Shown here one piece after another: positions 29,124 through 38,490 of a stretch of 64,000 nt of DNA. Under the pieces are notes generated by a model. The model saw only the letters and a list, made by a program, of their open reading frames with translations. It was not told the DNA's origin and made no database searches. Origin of the DNA: Winogradskyella sp. (GTDB lineage: Bacteria > Bacteroidota > Bacteroidia > Flavobacteriales > Flavobacteriaceae); contig NZ_JBGCDQ010000028.1 of assembly GCF_045105575.1 (NCBI RefSeq), positions 1,744-65,743 of the forward strand, read 5' to 3'. How positions within the stretch are numbered: the first letter of the stretch is position 1; every line of letters starts with the position of its first letter. Both the position numbers and the translations under genes were made by a program.

Positions 29124-29510
29124 TTAATTTAATGCAAAAGGAGCACTCAGTTTAAAAGAAGGAATATAAACTTTAAATTTATTGGCTTTTGTAAAGTTAA
29201 CCATATTGTAGTGGCCTTGCATCGCACCAAACGGCGAGGTTAAAAGACAACCTGAATTATACGTGTGAGATTCTCCTGGTTTTAAAACAGGTTTTTTACC
29301 AATAACACCTTCACCTTCAATGATTTCTTCATTATTTAAAGCGTCAAGGATTTTCCAATGTCTAGAATTTAACTGTACAGAATCCTTACTTTGGTTTTCA
29401 ATAGTTACTTTATAACCGAATGCAAAATGCACTTTATAATTTTTATAAAATGTGCCTTCAAAATTGGTTTCGACGGAGATTTTAATACCGCTTGTAACTT
29501 GTTGTACCAT
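29124..29510 (-). CDS. apaG: ApaG protein
   Basis: RHW.I, GEGVIGKKPVL, YNSGC.L and G.M.G.Y motifs. Confidence 0.93.
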   Translation of the reverse strand: MVQQVTSGIKISVETNFEGTFYKNYKVHFAFGYKVTIENQSKDSVQLNSRHWKILDALNNEEIIEGEGVIGKKPVLKPGESHTYNSGCLLTSPFGAMQGHYNMVNFTKANKFKVYIPSFKLSAPFALN

Positions 29511-29821
29511 TTAAATGAGATTTGTTATATGCTAAAATAGCATAATTTTTCAATCAAGTGCTATAATTCGGTTAAGTGGTTACAATTTTTAACAAAATAA
29601 TCAAATTTACAGGTTTCTAGTAGTTACATCAATCAAAAGAACCTGTTTTAGTTTGCTAGATATGTTTTGTAAACATAATGATTTTAAAAAGTTGTTGTGT
29701 ATAAGAAAACATACTAAAACGTCTTAGCGGATGAAATACGGCATTAAACGGTGAGATTGGAACCTAAAAGAAACTATGCTAATAGGTGATTAGTTTTTAG
29801 AATAATTAAAGTATTACAGGG

Positions 29822-31075
29822 TTAGTTAGAAATATTTACAGAGGTAGTTTCTCCAAAACCGATCAAACGATCATAACGCGCACCAAGATCTCTGTAATAA
29901 ACTAGGACTTTATAGTTGTTTTCGGTTTCCCAAAAGTTGCCACTAATAGCACCTTCGTCTAATTCGCCTGTTTCTTTATCTACCGCGACGTATTTGTAAT
30001 TGTAAAATCCTTGTTTTAATTCCAGAAGGCATTCGTATTTTTTACTTTCTGAATTATATAACATTTGTGTTAACGGTTCAATTGTAAAGGCATTAAAATT
30101 TCCATAGATATGAATGTCTTTGTCTTTGAGTTCTTCGTGCAATAGCGAAAAATGAACCATAACATAATCAGCCTCCACATCGACATCAGGACGATCTATA
30201 ACGGTCACCAAAAAGTTTCCATTAATATCAGGATTAAACGTATATGGTCTATTTTTTCGAGAAATATTAGTAAACAAATAATTATGATAAATATCTTTTA
30301 ATTCAATAAATTGTACACCAATATTTGCAGCTCTAACATCTTTGTTTTCAAAAAACAAATATTCATTGCCTCCCCAAAATGCAGATTCGGTATCGTATCT
30401 GTAAATCAATTCATTTCCTAAAGTATATTGTGGTTTTAAATCTGAAATTGCCGTGTTTAGGTTATTATTCTGAATTATCACGGTTTTTATCGTTTCTAAC
30501 GGATTGTTAAGATTCATTCCACTTGTAGAAATTACCAAATCTACAGATTGTTTTTCGGCAATGACTTTTACATCTCTAGAACGCTTCACACTTGCTCCAA
30601 CACTAGCTAGACTTTCATAAATCATAAACTTTCTACTAAACATCAATTCATCATAGTCATCATAAATAGAAATCATGTAATTTCCTGTTTTAAGAAGACC
30701 TCTAGTTTGCATGTTAGGTATTGTTAAATCATAGTGCGAATAGATTTCGTAAGTATTAAAAGAGTTTTCATAGGTCATGATCCTTTGATTGTCTAAGCCT
30801 TTAAGGTATTCCGCTTTTACTAGGGGAGATGGAGTCCAATCGAAATTAAAATGTTCAATAACGTAGTAAAAGTCTTCTTCATTACCGTTTAAAGCATCAA
30901 ATTCTAAAACCAATGGTTCACCAAGTTTTAGCACAGGTAATTGCCCTTGAGTTGTATTACTTTTAAAGGTGATGGTTTTTATAAATCCAGGCGGATTCAC
31001 TTCTGTAGCGACTTGTGAAAATAAAACGGTTGAAAATATAAAAGAGAATAAAAGACTTAAAATTGATTGTTTCAT
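29822..31075 (-). CDS. DUF5103 / T9SS plug-like protein
   Basis: Signal peptide from MKQS; LEFDALNG..E, FWGGNEY, LELKQGFYNY, GNFWETENNY..LVYYR. Confidence 0.75.
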   Translation of the reverse strand: MKQSILSLLFSFIFSTVLFSQVATEVNPPGFIKTITFKSNTTQGQLPVLKLGEPLVLEFDALNGNEEDFYYVIEHFNFDWTPSPLVKAEYLKGLDNQRIMTYENSFNTYEIYSHYDLTIPNMQTRGLLKTGNYMISIYDDYDELMFSRKFMIYESLASVGASVKRSRDVKVIAEKQSVDLVISTSGMNLNNPLETIKTVIIQNNNLNTAISDLKPQYTLGNELIYRYDTESAFWGGNEYLFFENKDVRAANIGVQFIELKDIYHNYLFTNISRKNRPYTFNPDINGNFLVTVIDRPDVDVEADYVMVHFSLLHEELKDKDIHIYGNFNAFTIEPLTQMLYNSESKKYECLLELKQGFYNYKYVAVDKETGELDEGAISGNFWETENNYKVLVYYRDLGARYDRLIGFGETTSVNISN

Positions 31076-31197
31076 TGTTGATTTTGTACGTGTCGTAAAG
31101 ATAACCAAAATCCGTGCCGTTTTCACATATGAATTATTTATAATCACTATAAATAAAAAAGATGTTTTATTATGAAAATTATTTACGCATTAATTCG

Positions 31198-31205
31198 TAA
31201 ATTTG
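31198..31205 (+). promoter_or_regulatory. -7 promoter box for the nqr operon
   Basis: TAAATTTG, 33 nt before the nqrA ATG. Confidence 0.6.
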
Positions 31206-31238
31206 CACGGATTTTTAGATAACTAATCTTTAAGAAAT

Positions 31239-32588
31239 ATGTCAAAAGACATTAGAATAAAAAAGGGTTTGGATATTAAGTTGGTCGGTGAAGCCGAGAA
31301 AGCTACAGAAAATGCTATTGTAAGTAATTTCTATTCCATAAGACCTGAAGATTTCCATAGTATTATTCCTAAATTAGTAGCAAAAGAAGGCACTCGCGTA
31401 AAAGCGGGAGAGACTTTGTTCTACAATAAGGATAACGAAGCTATGAAGTTTGTTTCACCAGTTTCAGGTGAAATTACTGAAGTAGAGCGTGGACCAAGAC
31501 GTCGAATAGATGGTATTAAAATTACAGCAGATAAAGAGCAATCTTATGTTGACCATGGCACGTTTGATTTGACGTCGGACGCAGAAAAAATTAAAGCACA
31601 TTTATTAGCTTCGGGTTGCTGGGCATTTATTAAGCAACGTCCTTACGACGTTGTTGCAAAGGCTGATAGAACTCCAAAGGCTATTTTTATATCTGGTTAT
31701 GCCAGCGCGCCATTGGCAGCAGACTTGGATTATACCTTAGCAGGTAAGGAGGCTGAATTGCAAGCTGCTGTAACGGCATTATCAAAATTGACTGATGGTG
31801 GTGTTCATATTTCAGTTGGTACTTCTAATTCGCCACTCGCAAATTTAGAACACACTACAACACATAAGGTGTCTGGACCGCATCCATCAGGTAATGTGGG
31901 TACGTTAATCAATAAAGTGAACCCTATCAATAAAGGCGAAGTGGTTTGGACGGTTAATGCACAGGATCTCGTGATTATGGGTGAATTATTATTAACAGGA
32001 AAGTTTAATGCTGAGCGTGTTGTTGCATTTGCAGGATCATCTGTTAAAAAACCGAGATACTTTAAGACTAAAATCGGTTCTGAAGTCTCAACTATGATTT
32101 ACGATAATGGTGTTGAGCAAAACGGAAACGATCGTATTATCTCTGGAAATGTATTGTCTGGAAAGCAAGTGGCTCCAGATGGTAATTTAGATTATTACAG
32201 CAATGTCATTACCGTCATACCAGAAGGTGACGATTATGAGTTTTTTGGATGGAATAAGCCTGTTTTTGATAAAGTTTCAACATCAAGAGCCTTGACATTT
32301 TCATGGTTGACACCTAAGAAAAAGTTTGCCTTAAATACAAATACAAACGGTGAACATCGTGCTTTTGTGCTTACAGGAAACTATGAACAAGTATTTCCAC
32401 TCGATATTTTTCCGCTTCAAATATTGAAAGCATGTATGTATCAAGATTTGGATGAAATGGAAGCCTTAGGAATGTATGAGGTGGCTCCAGAAGATTTTGC
32501 TTTAACAGAATTTGTATGTGTCTCTAAACAGCCACATCAAAAAATTATAAGAGAAGGTTTAGACTTAATGTTAAAAGAAATAGGATAA
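31239..32588 (+). CDS. nqrA: Na+-translocating NADH:quinone reductase subunit A
   Basis: IKKGLDIKL, FVSPVSG, GPHPSGNVG; first gene of a six-gene operon. Confidence 0.95.
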   Translation: MSKDIRIKKGLDIKLVGEAEKATENAIVSNFYSIRPEDFHSIIPKLVAKEGTRVKAGETLFYNKDNEAMKFVSPVSGEITEVERGPRRRIDGIKITADKEQSYVDHGTFDLTSDAEKIKAHLLASGCWAFIKQRPYDVVAKADRTPKAIFISGYASAPLAADLDYTLAGKEAELQAAVTALSKLTDGGVHISVGTSNSPLANLEHTTTHKVSGPHPSGNVGTLINKVNPINKGEVVWTVNAQDLVIMGELLLTGKFNAERVVAFAGSSVKKPRYFKTKIGSEVSTMIYDNGVEQNGNDRIISGNVLSGKQVAPDGNLDYYSNVITVIPEGDDYEFFGWNKPVFDKVSTSRALTFSWLTPKKKFALNTNTNGEHRAFVLTGNYEQVFPLDIFPLQILKACMYQDLDEMEALGMYEVAPEDFALTEFVCVSKQPHQKIIREGLDLMLKEIG

Positions 32589-33859
32589 TGGGTTTAAAAA
32601 GTAGTTTACACAATTTTAAGGAAAAAAACAAAGATAAAAAGTGGTTGCCAGGTTTTAATGCCCTTTTTACATTTTTGTACATGCCAAATGAGACCACGCA
32701 TAATGGAACTCATATAAAGGCAGCGGATGATTTAAAGCGTACTATGAATACGGTAATTATCGCTTTAGTCCCTTGTCTGCTTTTCGGAATATTTAATGCA
32801 GGTTATCAGCATTACTTAGCTCAAGGTTTAATAGAATCTGCTAACGGATTTTTAGGAGCGTCGTTTTGGACCTTAGATAACTTTATCATTGGCGCATGGA
32901 CGGTTTTACCGCTTGTCGCTGTGTCGTATGGAGTTGGTTTAGCAGTAGAATTTGTTTTCGCCATCATTAAAGGACACGAAGTAGAAGAAGGTTATTTAGT
33001 AACAGGGATGTTAGTACCATTAATTGTACCCGTTGATATTCCATTATGGATGTTGTCTGTAGCGGTTATTTTTGGTGTTGTTATCGGTAAAGAAGTTTTT
33101 GGTGGAACAGGAATGAATATTCTTAATCCAGCATTAACCATTCGTGCGTTCTTATTCTTTGCTTACCCGACTTGGATGTCTGGTGATAAAGTTTGGGTGC
33201 ATGGAGCTACTGAAATGGCAGGTACACCAGATGCTATTTCTGGAGAAACAATACTTGGCTATTATGCAAAAGCAGGTCAAGATTTAACTATTGCAGGAGC
33301 CAATGGTGCCTCTGATGTTGTTACTACATATGGCGCAAGAGTAGCAGATTTATATTCGCTATCAGATATGTTTTGGGGAATTATTCCAGGATCCGTTGGT
33401 GAAACCTCTAAATTTTTAATCATAATTGGCGCCTTGTTCTTGATATTTACCAAAATAGGAAGTTGGAGAATTATAGCGTCAACTTTAGTAGGTGCTTTAG
33501 CCATGGGATTAATTTTTAATGGTGTCGTGGAAGCCGGATGGATATCTGATTCAAGTAAATTCTACGGATTAATGAGTGTACCATTTTGGCAGCATTTAAT
33601 TATTGGTAGTATATTATTTGGTGCGGTTTACATGGCAACAGATCCAGTTACAGCATCGCAAACCAATAAAGGGAAATGGATTTATGGATTCTTAATCGGA
33701 TTTATTTCTATCATGATTCGTGTCTTTAATCCAGCCTATCCAGAAGGTGTATTCTTAGCAATATTATTGATGAACGTTTTCGCACCAACCATAGATCACT
33801 ATGTGATTCAAGGTAATGTGAAACGTAGAATGAAACGTTTAAAAGTTAAAACAGCATAA
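32588..33859 (+). CDS. nqrB: Na+-NQR subunit B
   Basis: GKEVFGGTG.N.LNPAL, FMN site DAISGET, FMATDP-like YMATDP, YPEG. Confidence 0.95.
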   Translation: MGLKSSLHNFKEKNKDKKWLPGFNALFTFLYMPNETTHNGTHIKAADDLKRTMNTVIIALVPCLLFGIFNAGYQHYLAQGLIESANGFLGASFWTLDNFIIGAWTVLPLVAVSYGVGLAVEFVFAIIKGHEVEEGYLVTGMLVPLIVPVDIPLWMLSVAVIFGVVIGKEVFGGTGMNILNPALTIRAFLFFAYPTWMSGDKVWVHGATEMAGTPDAISGETILGYYAKAGQDLTIAGANGASDVVTTYGARVADLYSLSDMFWGIIPGSVGETSKFLIIIGALFLIFTKIGSWRIIASTLVGALAMGLIFNGVVEAGWISDSSKFYGLMSVPFWQHLIIGSILFGAVYMATDPVTASQTNKGKWIYGFLIGFISIMIRVFNPAYPEGVFLAILLMNVFAPTIDHYVIQGNVKRRMKRLKVKTA

Positions 33860-33861
33860 TT

Positions 33862-34671
33862 ATGGCAATTAACACAGATAAAAACTCGTACACAATACTC
33901 TTTGCAGTAGCTATGGTATTGGTTGTAGGTTCTTTATTGGCATTTACAGCGTCTTCTTTGAAGCCTCAAATTAAAGAAAACGAGCGTATGGAGAAGCAAC
34001 AGAACATTCTGTATGCTTTAGGAATAAATGAAAACGAAGGTGCAGGTGATATTGCCTTTGTATCTACAAAAGAAGTTGCCGATAAGTTTTCTGCTAATGT
34101 TTCTGAACAATTAGTTCTAGAATCAAAGGATGGGGAAATTATTAGAAAAATGACGCGTCAAGAATTCATGGACTCTAAAGAAGAGGGTATGGGTATTGAG
34201 CCTTATTTAATTGATGTAAAAAAACAACAAACGAGAGCGAAAGAAGGCAAGTCAAGATTTTTACCATTATTTCTTGGTAAGCAAGACGATAAAACAGTTT
34301 ATATAGCACCAATAAGAGGTAAAGGACTTTGGGATGCCATTTGGGGTTTTGTAGCTTTAGATGAAAATATGGTGGTGAAAGGCACATTTTTTGATCATGC
34401 TGGTGAAACACCTGGTTTAGGTTCTAATATCAAACAACGTTATTTCATGGATGATTTTTACGGTGAACGTTTATTAACTGAAGCTGGTGTCTTTAAAGGT
34501 ATCAAAGTGGCTAAAGGAAATAATGATCCTAAGAATGAGCGAAAAGAAGATCATGCGGTTGATGCTTTAGCAGGCGCAACAATTACAGGTGATGGTATTT
34601 CTACAATGATTAAAAAAGATTTGAAATTATACATGCCATTTTTTCAGAATATAAACACAAACTTAAATTAG
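33862..34671 (+). CDS. nqrC: Na+-NQR subunit C
   Basis: GKGLW, HAGETPGLG, FMN site DALAGATIT. Confidence 0.95.
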   Translation: MAINTDKNSYTILFAVAMVLVVGSLLAFTASSLKPQIKENERMEKQQNILYALGINENEGAGDIAFVSTKEVADKFSANVSEQLVLESKDGEIIRKMTRQEFMDSKEEGMGIEPYLIDVKKQQTRAKEGKSRFLPLFLGKQDDKTVYIAPIRGKGLWDAIWGFVALDENMVVKGTFFDHAGETPGLGSNIKQRYFMDDFYGERLLTEAGVFKGIKVAKGNNDPKNERKEDHAVDALAGATITGDGISTMIKKDLKLYMPFFQNINTNLN

Positions 34672-34672
34672 T

Positions 34673-35317
34673 ATGGGACTTCTATCAAAAAAAGACGCTA
34701 AGTTAATTACAGACCCGTTAGCGGATAATAACCCAATAACCATTCAGGTTTTAGGTATCTGTTCGGCTTTAGCAATTACTGCAGATTTAAAAGCATCTCT
34801 AGTAATGAGTGTGGCTGTATTATTTGTAATGGGAGTTGGAAACGTCGTGGTGTCATTATTACGAAACTTAATACCATCAAAAATTAGAATTATTGTACAA
34901 TTGATTGTTGTAGCATCGCTTGTTATTGTGGTAGATCAAGTATTAAAGGCTTATGCGTTTGAATTAAGTAAAACACTTTCGGTATTTATCGGATTAATTA
35001 TAACCAACTGTATCATCATGGGACGTTTTGAAGCTTTCGCTTTAGCTAACGGTCCGTACAGATCATTTTTAGATGGTATTGGTAACGCCATGGGTTATGC
35101 TGTAATTTTGATTATTGTTGGTGTATTTAGAGAGTTATTAGGTGCTGGTACATTAATGGGAATTCCTGTTTTAGGTGATCCTATTGAAAAAACAGGATTA
35201 TTTTCTACAGGCTACGAAAACAATGGTTTTATGTTAATGCCACCAATGGCCTTAATTATTGTAGGTTTAATCATTTGGGTGCAACGTAGCAGAAATAAAG
35301 ATTTAATAGAGGATTAA
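34673..35317 (+). CDS. nqrD: Na+-NQR subunit D
   Basis: VLGICSALA, GLIITNCIIMGR. Confidence 0.95.
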   Translation: MGLLSKKDAKLITDPLADNNPITIQVLGICSALAITADLKASLVMSVAVLFVMGVGNVVVSLLRNLIPSKIRIIVQLIVVASLVIVVDQVLKAYAFELSKTLSVFIGLIITNCIIMGRFEAFALANGPYRSFLDGIGNAMGYAVILIIVGVFRELLGAGTLMGIPVLGDPIEKTGLFSTGYENNGFMLMPPMALIIVGLIIWVQRSRNKDLIED

Positions 35318-35377
35318 TTTCTGATATTGTTCTGATCGCGTTTTAGTAATTCTTTTCATAAAAACAAAAAATAATAA

Positions 35378-35400
35378 GATCCTGAAACAAGTTCAGGATG
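35378..35400. repeat. REP-like hairpin between nqrD and nqrE
   Basis: GATCCTGAA-ACAAG-TTCAGGATG; 7-bp perfect stem TCCTGAA/TTCAGGA. Confidence 0.55.
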
Positions 35401-35416
35401 AAAAAAAATAAAAACA

Positions 35417-36133
35417 ATGGAGCATTTAGAATTAGCATTCAAAGCCATCTTTATCGATAACATGGTATTTGCCGTTTTCTTAGGTATGTGTTCGTACTTA
35501 GCCGTATCTAAAAAGGTAGCCACAGCCGTTGGTCTCGGAGCAGCCGTAATTTTTGTACTGGCCATTACAGTACCTTTAAACTGGTTATTAGATCAGTATT
35601 TATTACAACCAGGCGCATTATCTTGGTTAGGTTCTGAGTATGCCGATTACGATTTAGGTTTCTTATCATTTATTATGTTCATTGCAACGATTGCAACCAT
35701 GGTACAATTGGTAGAAATTATAGTTGAGAAGTTTTCACCATCATTATACAATTCTTTAGGTATTTTTCTACCGTTAATTGCTGTGAACTGTGCCATCTTA
35801 GGTGGTTCATTATTTATGCAATCTCGTGAGATTGAAACTTTAGGTTTAGCTCTTAATTATGGTATATCTTCTGGTATTGGATGGTTTTTAGCAATTTTAG
35901 CCATAGCAGCTATTCGTGAAAAAATTAGATATAGTAATGTGCCTGCACCTTTAAGAGGTTTAGGAATTACATTTATTATTACTGGTTTAATGGGAATTGG
36001 ATTCTTAAGCTTTGGTGGCATGTTAACAGGTGGTGACGAAGAAGAGAAGCCTGCAACGGAACCAACAGTACAAATTGAACAAGTTGAAACTGAAAAAGAA
36101 GCTAAGAAATTAGCAGATAACACTAAAAAATAG
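35417..36133 (+). CDS. nqrE: Na+-NQR subunit E
   Basis: FLGMCSYLAVSKK, LPLIAVNCAILG; charged C-terminal tail. Confidence 0.95.
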   Translation: MEHLELAFKAIFIDNMVFAVFLGMCSYLAVSKKVATAVGLGAAVIFVLAITVPLNWLLDQYLLQPGALSWLGSEYADYDLGFLSFIMFIATIATMVQLVEIIVEKFSPSLYNSLGIFLPLIAVNCAILGGSLFMQSREIETLGLALNYGISSGIGWFLAILAIAAIREKIRYSNVPAPLRGLGITFIITGLMGIGFLSFGGMLTGGDEEEKPATEPTVQIEQVETEKEAKKLADNTKK

Positions 36134-36140
36134 CGTAAAT

Positions 36141-37454
36141 ATGATTTTAGCAGCTGGAACAACAGGAACAGTAATAGCAACAGTCGCAGCGTTTTTATTA
36201 ATAACGTTGGTGCTGGTAAGTTTGTTATTATTTGTAAAACAAAAATTATCGCCATCAGGACCTGTAAAGATTACCATTAACGGTGAACGTGAAATAGAAG
36301 TCGCTTCTGGTAGTACATTATTGGCTACATTAGGTGGTAATAAAATATTTTTACCTTCTGCTTGTGGTGGAGGTGGAACTTGCATACAATGTGAGTGTCA
36401 CGTTTTATCTGGTGGAGGCGAAGCTTTACCAACAGAGACTCCACACTTTTCAAGAAAAGAATTGGCTCATGGAGCACGTTTATCTTGTCAGGTAAAAGTG
36501 AAGCAGGATATGGAAATTACTATTCCTGAAGAAGTATTTGGAATTAAGAAATGGGAAGCCACTGTAGTTTCAAACTATAATGTTGCAACCTTTATTAAGG
36601 AATTTGTAGTAGAGATTCCTGAGGATATGAATTATAAAGCAGGTGGGTATATTCAAATTGAAATTCCTGAATGTGAAATAAAATATGCGGATATGGACGT
36701 GTCTGCGCATCCAACGGATCATCCTGGTGAACCAGATAAATTTAAAGCCGATTGGGATAAGTTCAGTCTTTGGCCTTTAATAATGAAGAATACTGAAACG
36801 ATTGAAAGAGCGTATTCAATGGCCTCATATCCTGCTGAAGGACGTGAGATTATGCTTAACGTGCGTATAGCTACGCCTCCGTTTGATCGCGCCAAAGGTG
36901 GCTGGATGGACGTCAATCCTGGTATTGCATCATCTTACATATTTAATCAAAAAGTAGGTGATAAAGTAACTATTTCTGGTCCTTATGGTGAATTCTTTAT
37001 TAACGAGTCTGAAAGTGAAATGTTATACGTCGGTGGTGGTGCTGGTATGGCGCCAATGCGTTCACATTTATACGAATTATTTAGAACCTTAAAGACGGGT
37101 CGTAAAGTAACTTATTGGTATGGAGGACGTTCTAAAGCTGAATTATTCTACATCCATTATTTTAGAGATTTAGAAAAAGATTTTCCAAACTTTAAGTTTT
37201 ATTTAGCGCTTTCTGAGCCATTAGAAAGTGACAACTGGAAAGTTAAAAAAGATATTAATGACGAAGAAGGAGATGGTTTTGTTGGGTTTATTCACAACTG
37301 TGTTATCGATAATTACTTAAGTCATCATGAAGCACCAGAGGATATAGAATTATACTTTTGCGGACCACCATTAATGAACCAAGCGGTTCAGAAAATGGGT
37401 GAGGATTTCGGAATTCCAGATGAGCATATTCGTTTTGATGATTTCGGTGGCTAA
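36141..37454 (+). CDS. nqrF: Na+-NQR subunit F
   Basis: 2Fe-2S CGGGGTCIQC ... C, RAYSMAS, GGGAGMAP, CGPP, FDDFGG. Confidence 0.96.
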   Translation: MILAAGTTGTVIATVAAFLLITLVLVSLLLFVKQKLSPSGPVKITINGEREIEVASGSTLLATLGGNKIFLPSACGGGGTCIQCECHVLSGGGEALPTETPHFSRKELAHGARLSCQVKVKQDMEITIPEEVFGIKKWEATVVSNYNVATFIKEFVVEIPEDMNYKAGGYIQIEIPECEIKYADMDVSAHPTDHPGEPDKFKADWDKFSLWPLIMKNTETIERAYSMASYPAEGREIMLNVRIATPPFDRAKGGWMDVNPGIASSYIFNQKVGDKVTISGPYGEFFINESESEMLYVGGGAGMAPMRSHLYELFRTLKTGRKVTYWYGGRSKAELFYIHYFRDLEKDFPNFKFYLALSEPLESDNWKVKKDINDEEGDGFVGFIHNCVIDNYLSHHEAPEDIELYFCGPPLMNQAVQKMGEDFGIPDEHIRFDDFGG

Positions 37455-37455
37455 C

Positions 37456-37477
37456 AGTTCTGCGAAAGCAGGAATCT
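37456..37477. repeat. Degenerate REP-like hairpin
   Basis: TTCTGC-GAAA-GCAGGAATCT, similar to the GTCATTCCTGCGAAAGCAGGAATC type as I recall it. Confidence 0.45.
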
Positions 37478-37500
37478 TTTAAAGAGAGTCGCTAAATATA

Positions 37501-37536
37501 GAAAAAGCCAATACTTTATAGAGTATTGGCTTTTTC
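37501..37536. terminator. nqr operon terminator (bidirectional)
   Basis: GAAAAAGCCAATACT-ttatag-AGTATTGGCTTTTTC, perfect 15-bp stem. Confidence 0.85.
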
Positions 37537-37556
37537 AATTTACATCAGGTATTTTA

Positions 37557-38003
37557 TTAAGCGAATTCTAAATCATTTTTACTGTTTTCAAACTCAAACA
37601 AAACTGAACAATCCATAACATTAGCAATCCCATCTATAGAACAGAGTTGTGAAACTACCTCACACAGGCCATTAAATAAGATGTTAGAATCAATAACATG
37701 CGGTCGATGCAAACGATGGCTAGACGTAAATTTATAACCACAGCCTTTTAAAAAAGCATGTTCAATTTTTAATAGTTCAATTGGTGTATAACCGTTAAAG
37801 CGTTTACCTAGATTTTGGTGAAGCAATCCTAAATAATTCAACGTTACAGAACCGTGTTGATCTGTAAGGTGTTTTCATGCATCTTGGTTATCTACAATAT
37901 TACCAACGGCACATTGCTTGCAGTCTTCAGGATTTAAGGTGTTGCTATGAAAGGCTGCGTAGAGCTTATCAATAGCACTATCGAAACGTGTGGAAGTCGT
38001 CAT
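37557..38003 (-). pseudogene. 148-codon Cys-rich hypothetical gene interrupted by one in-frame TGA at codon 43
   Basis: Manual translation: MTTSTRFDSAIDKLYAAFHSNTLNPEDCKQCAVGNIVDNQDA*KHLTDQHGSVTLNYLG..., continuing in frame into ORF 37557..37841; TGA at 37877-37875. Confidence 0.75.
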
Positions 38004-38085
38004 AATGAATCTGTTTTCTTTTTCAAGATAAAAGATACAAAAAAGGAATGAAAGTTTAAAAGATAATTTTAGAGTTAACTATTTT

Positions 38086-38475
38086 TTATTTCTTGTATTC
38101 CATAATCAAAAAGACAGCAGTTGTTTTTCCAATATTCAAAACCTCATGAGAGGTGACTTCATCTTTACTAAAACTATAACCTGTTGGCACATCAACCTCT
38201 CGTGTACCAGTGGTATCTGTAATTCTGAATTTACCTCCAGCCAGTGTATAACCAAAATGCGGATTGTGGTAATGTTTTTCGTGTCCAACGTTTGGGGCAA
38301 AAGTACATTTTAGAACACGCAGGTTTTCGTTGTCCTCAATAACTTCGCAAACGGCTTCTCCATTCCAACCTGCTTCTAAAGGATCTGGTAAAATGTGTTT
38401 ATTTTTACATGTAACCAATAAAAGTAATAGAACCAAATACAAATAAGTACAGTCTAGTTTTTGAGGGAGTTTCAT
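38086..38475 (-). CDS. Cupin-domain protein (probable lipoprotein)
   Basis: LLVT-C; cupin motifs HEKHYHNPH and HEVLNIG. Confidence 0.75.
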   Translation of the reverse strand: MKLPQKLDCTYLYLVLLLLLVTCKNKHILPDPLEAGWNGEAVCEVIEDNENLRVLKCTFAPNVGHEKHYHNPHFGYTLAGGKFRITDTTGTREVDVPTGYSFSKDEVTSHEVLNIGKTTAVFLIMEYKK

Positions 38476-38490
38476 TGAAAATTATTTGAT

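Noticed and set aside
35417-36133. Charged C-terminal extension on NqrE
   Set aside because: It is a low-complexity tail that I recall as common in Flavobacteriaceae NqrE; not distinctive
37557-38003. Genome-wide TGA reassignment as an explanation for the in-frame stop
   Set aside because: Other genes here end in TGA (e.g. at 505 and 51985) and Trp is encoded by TGG, so the standard code applies
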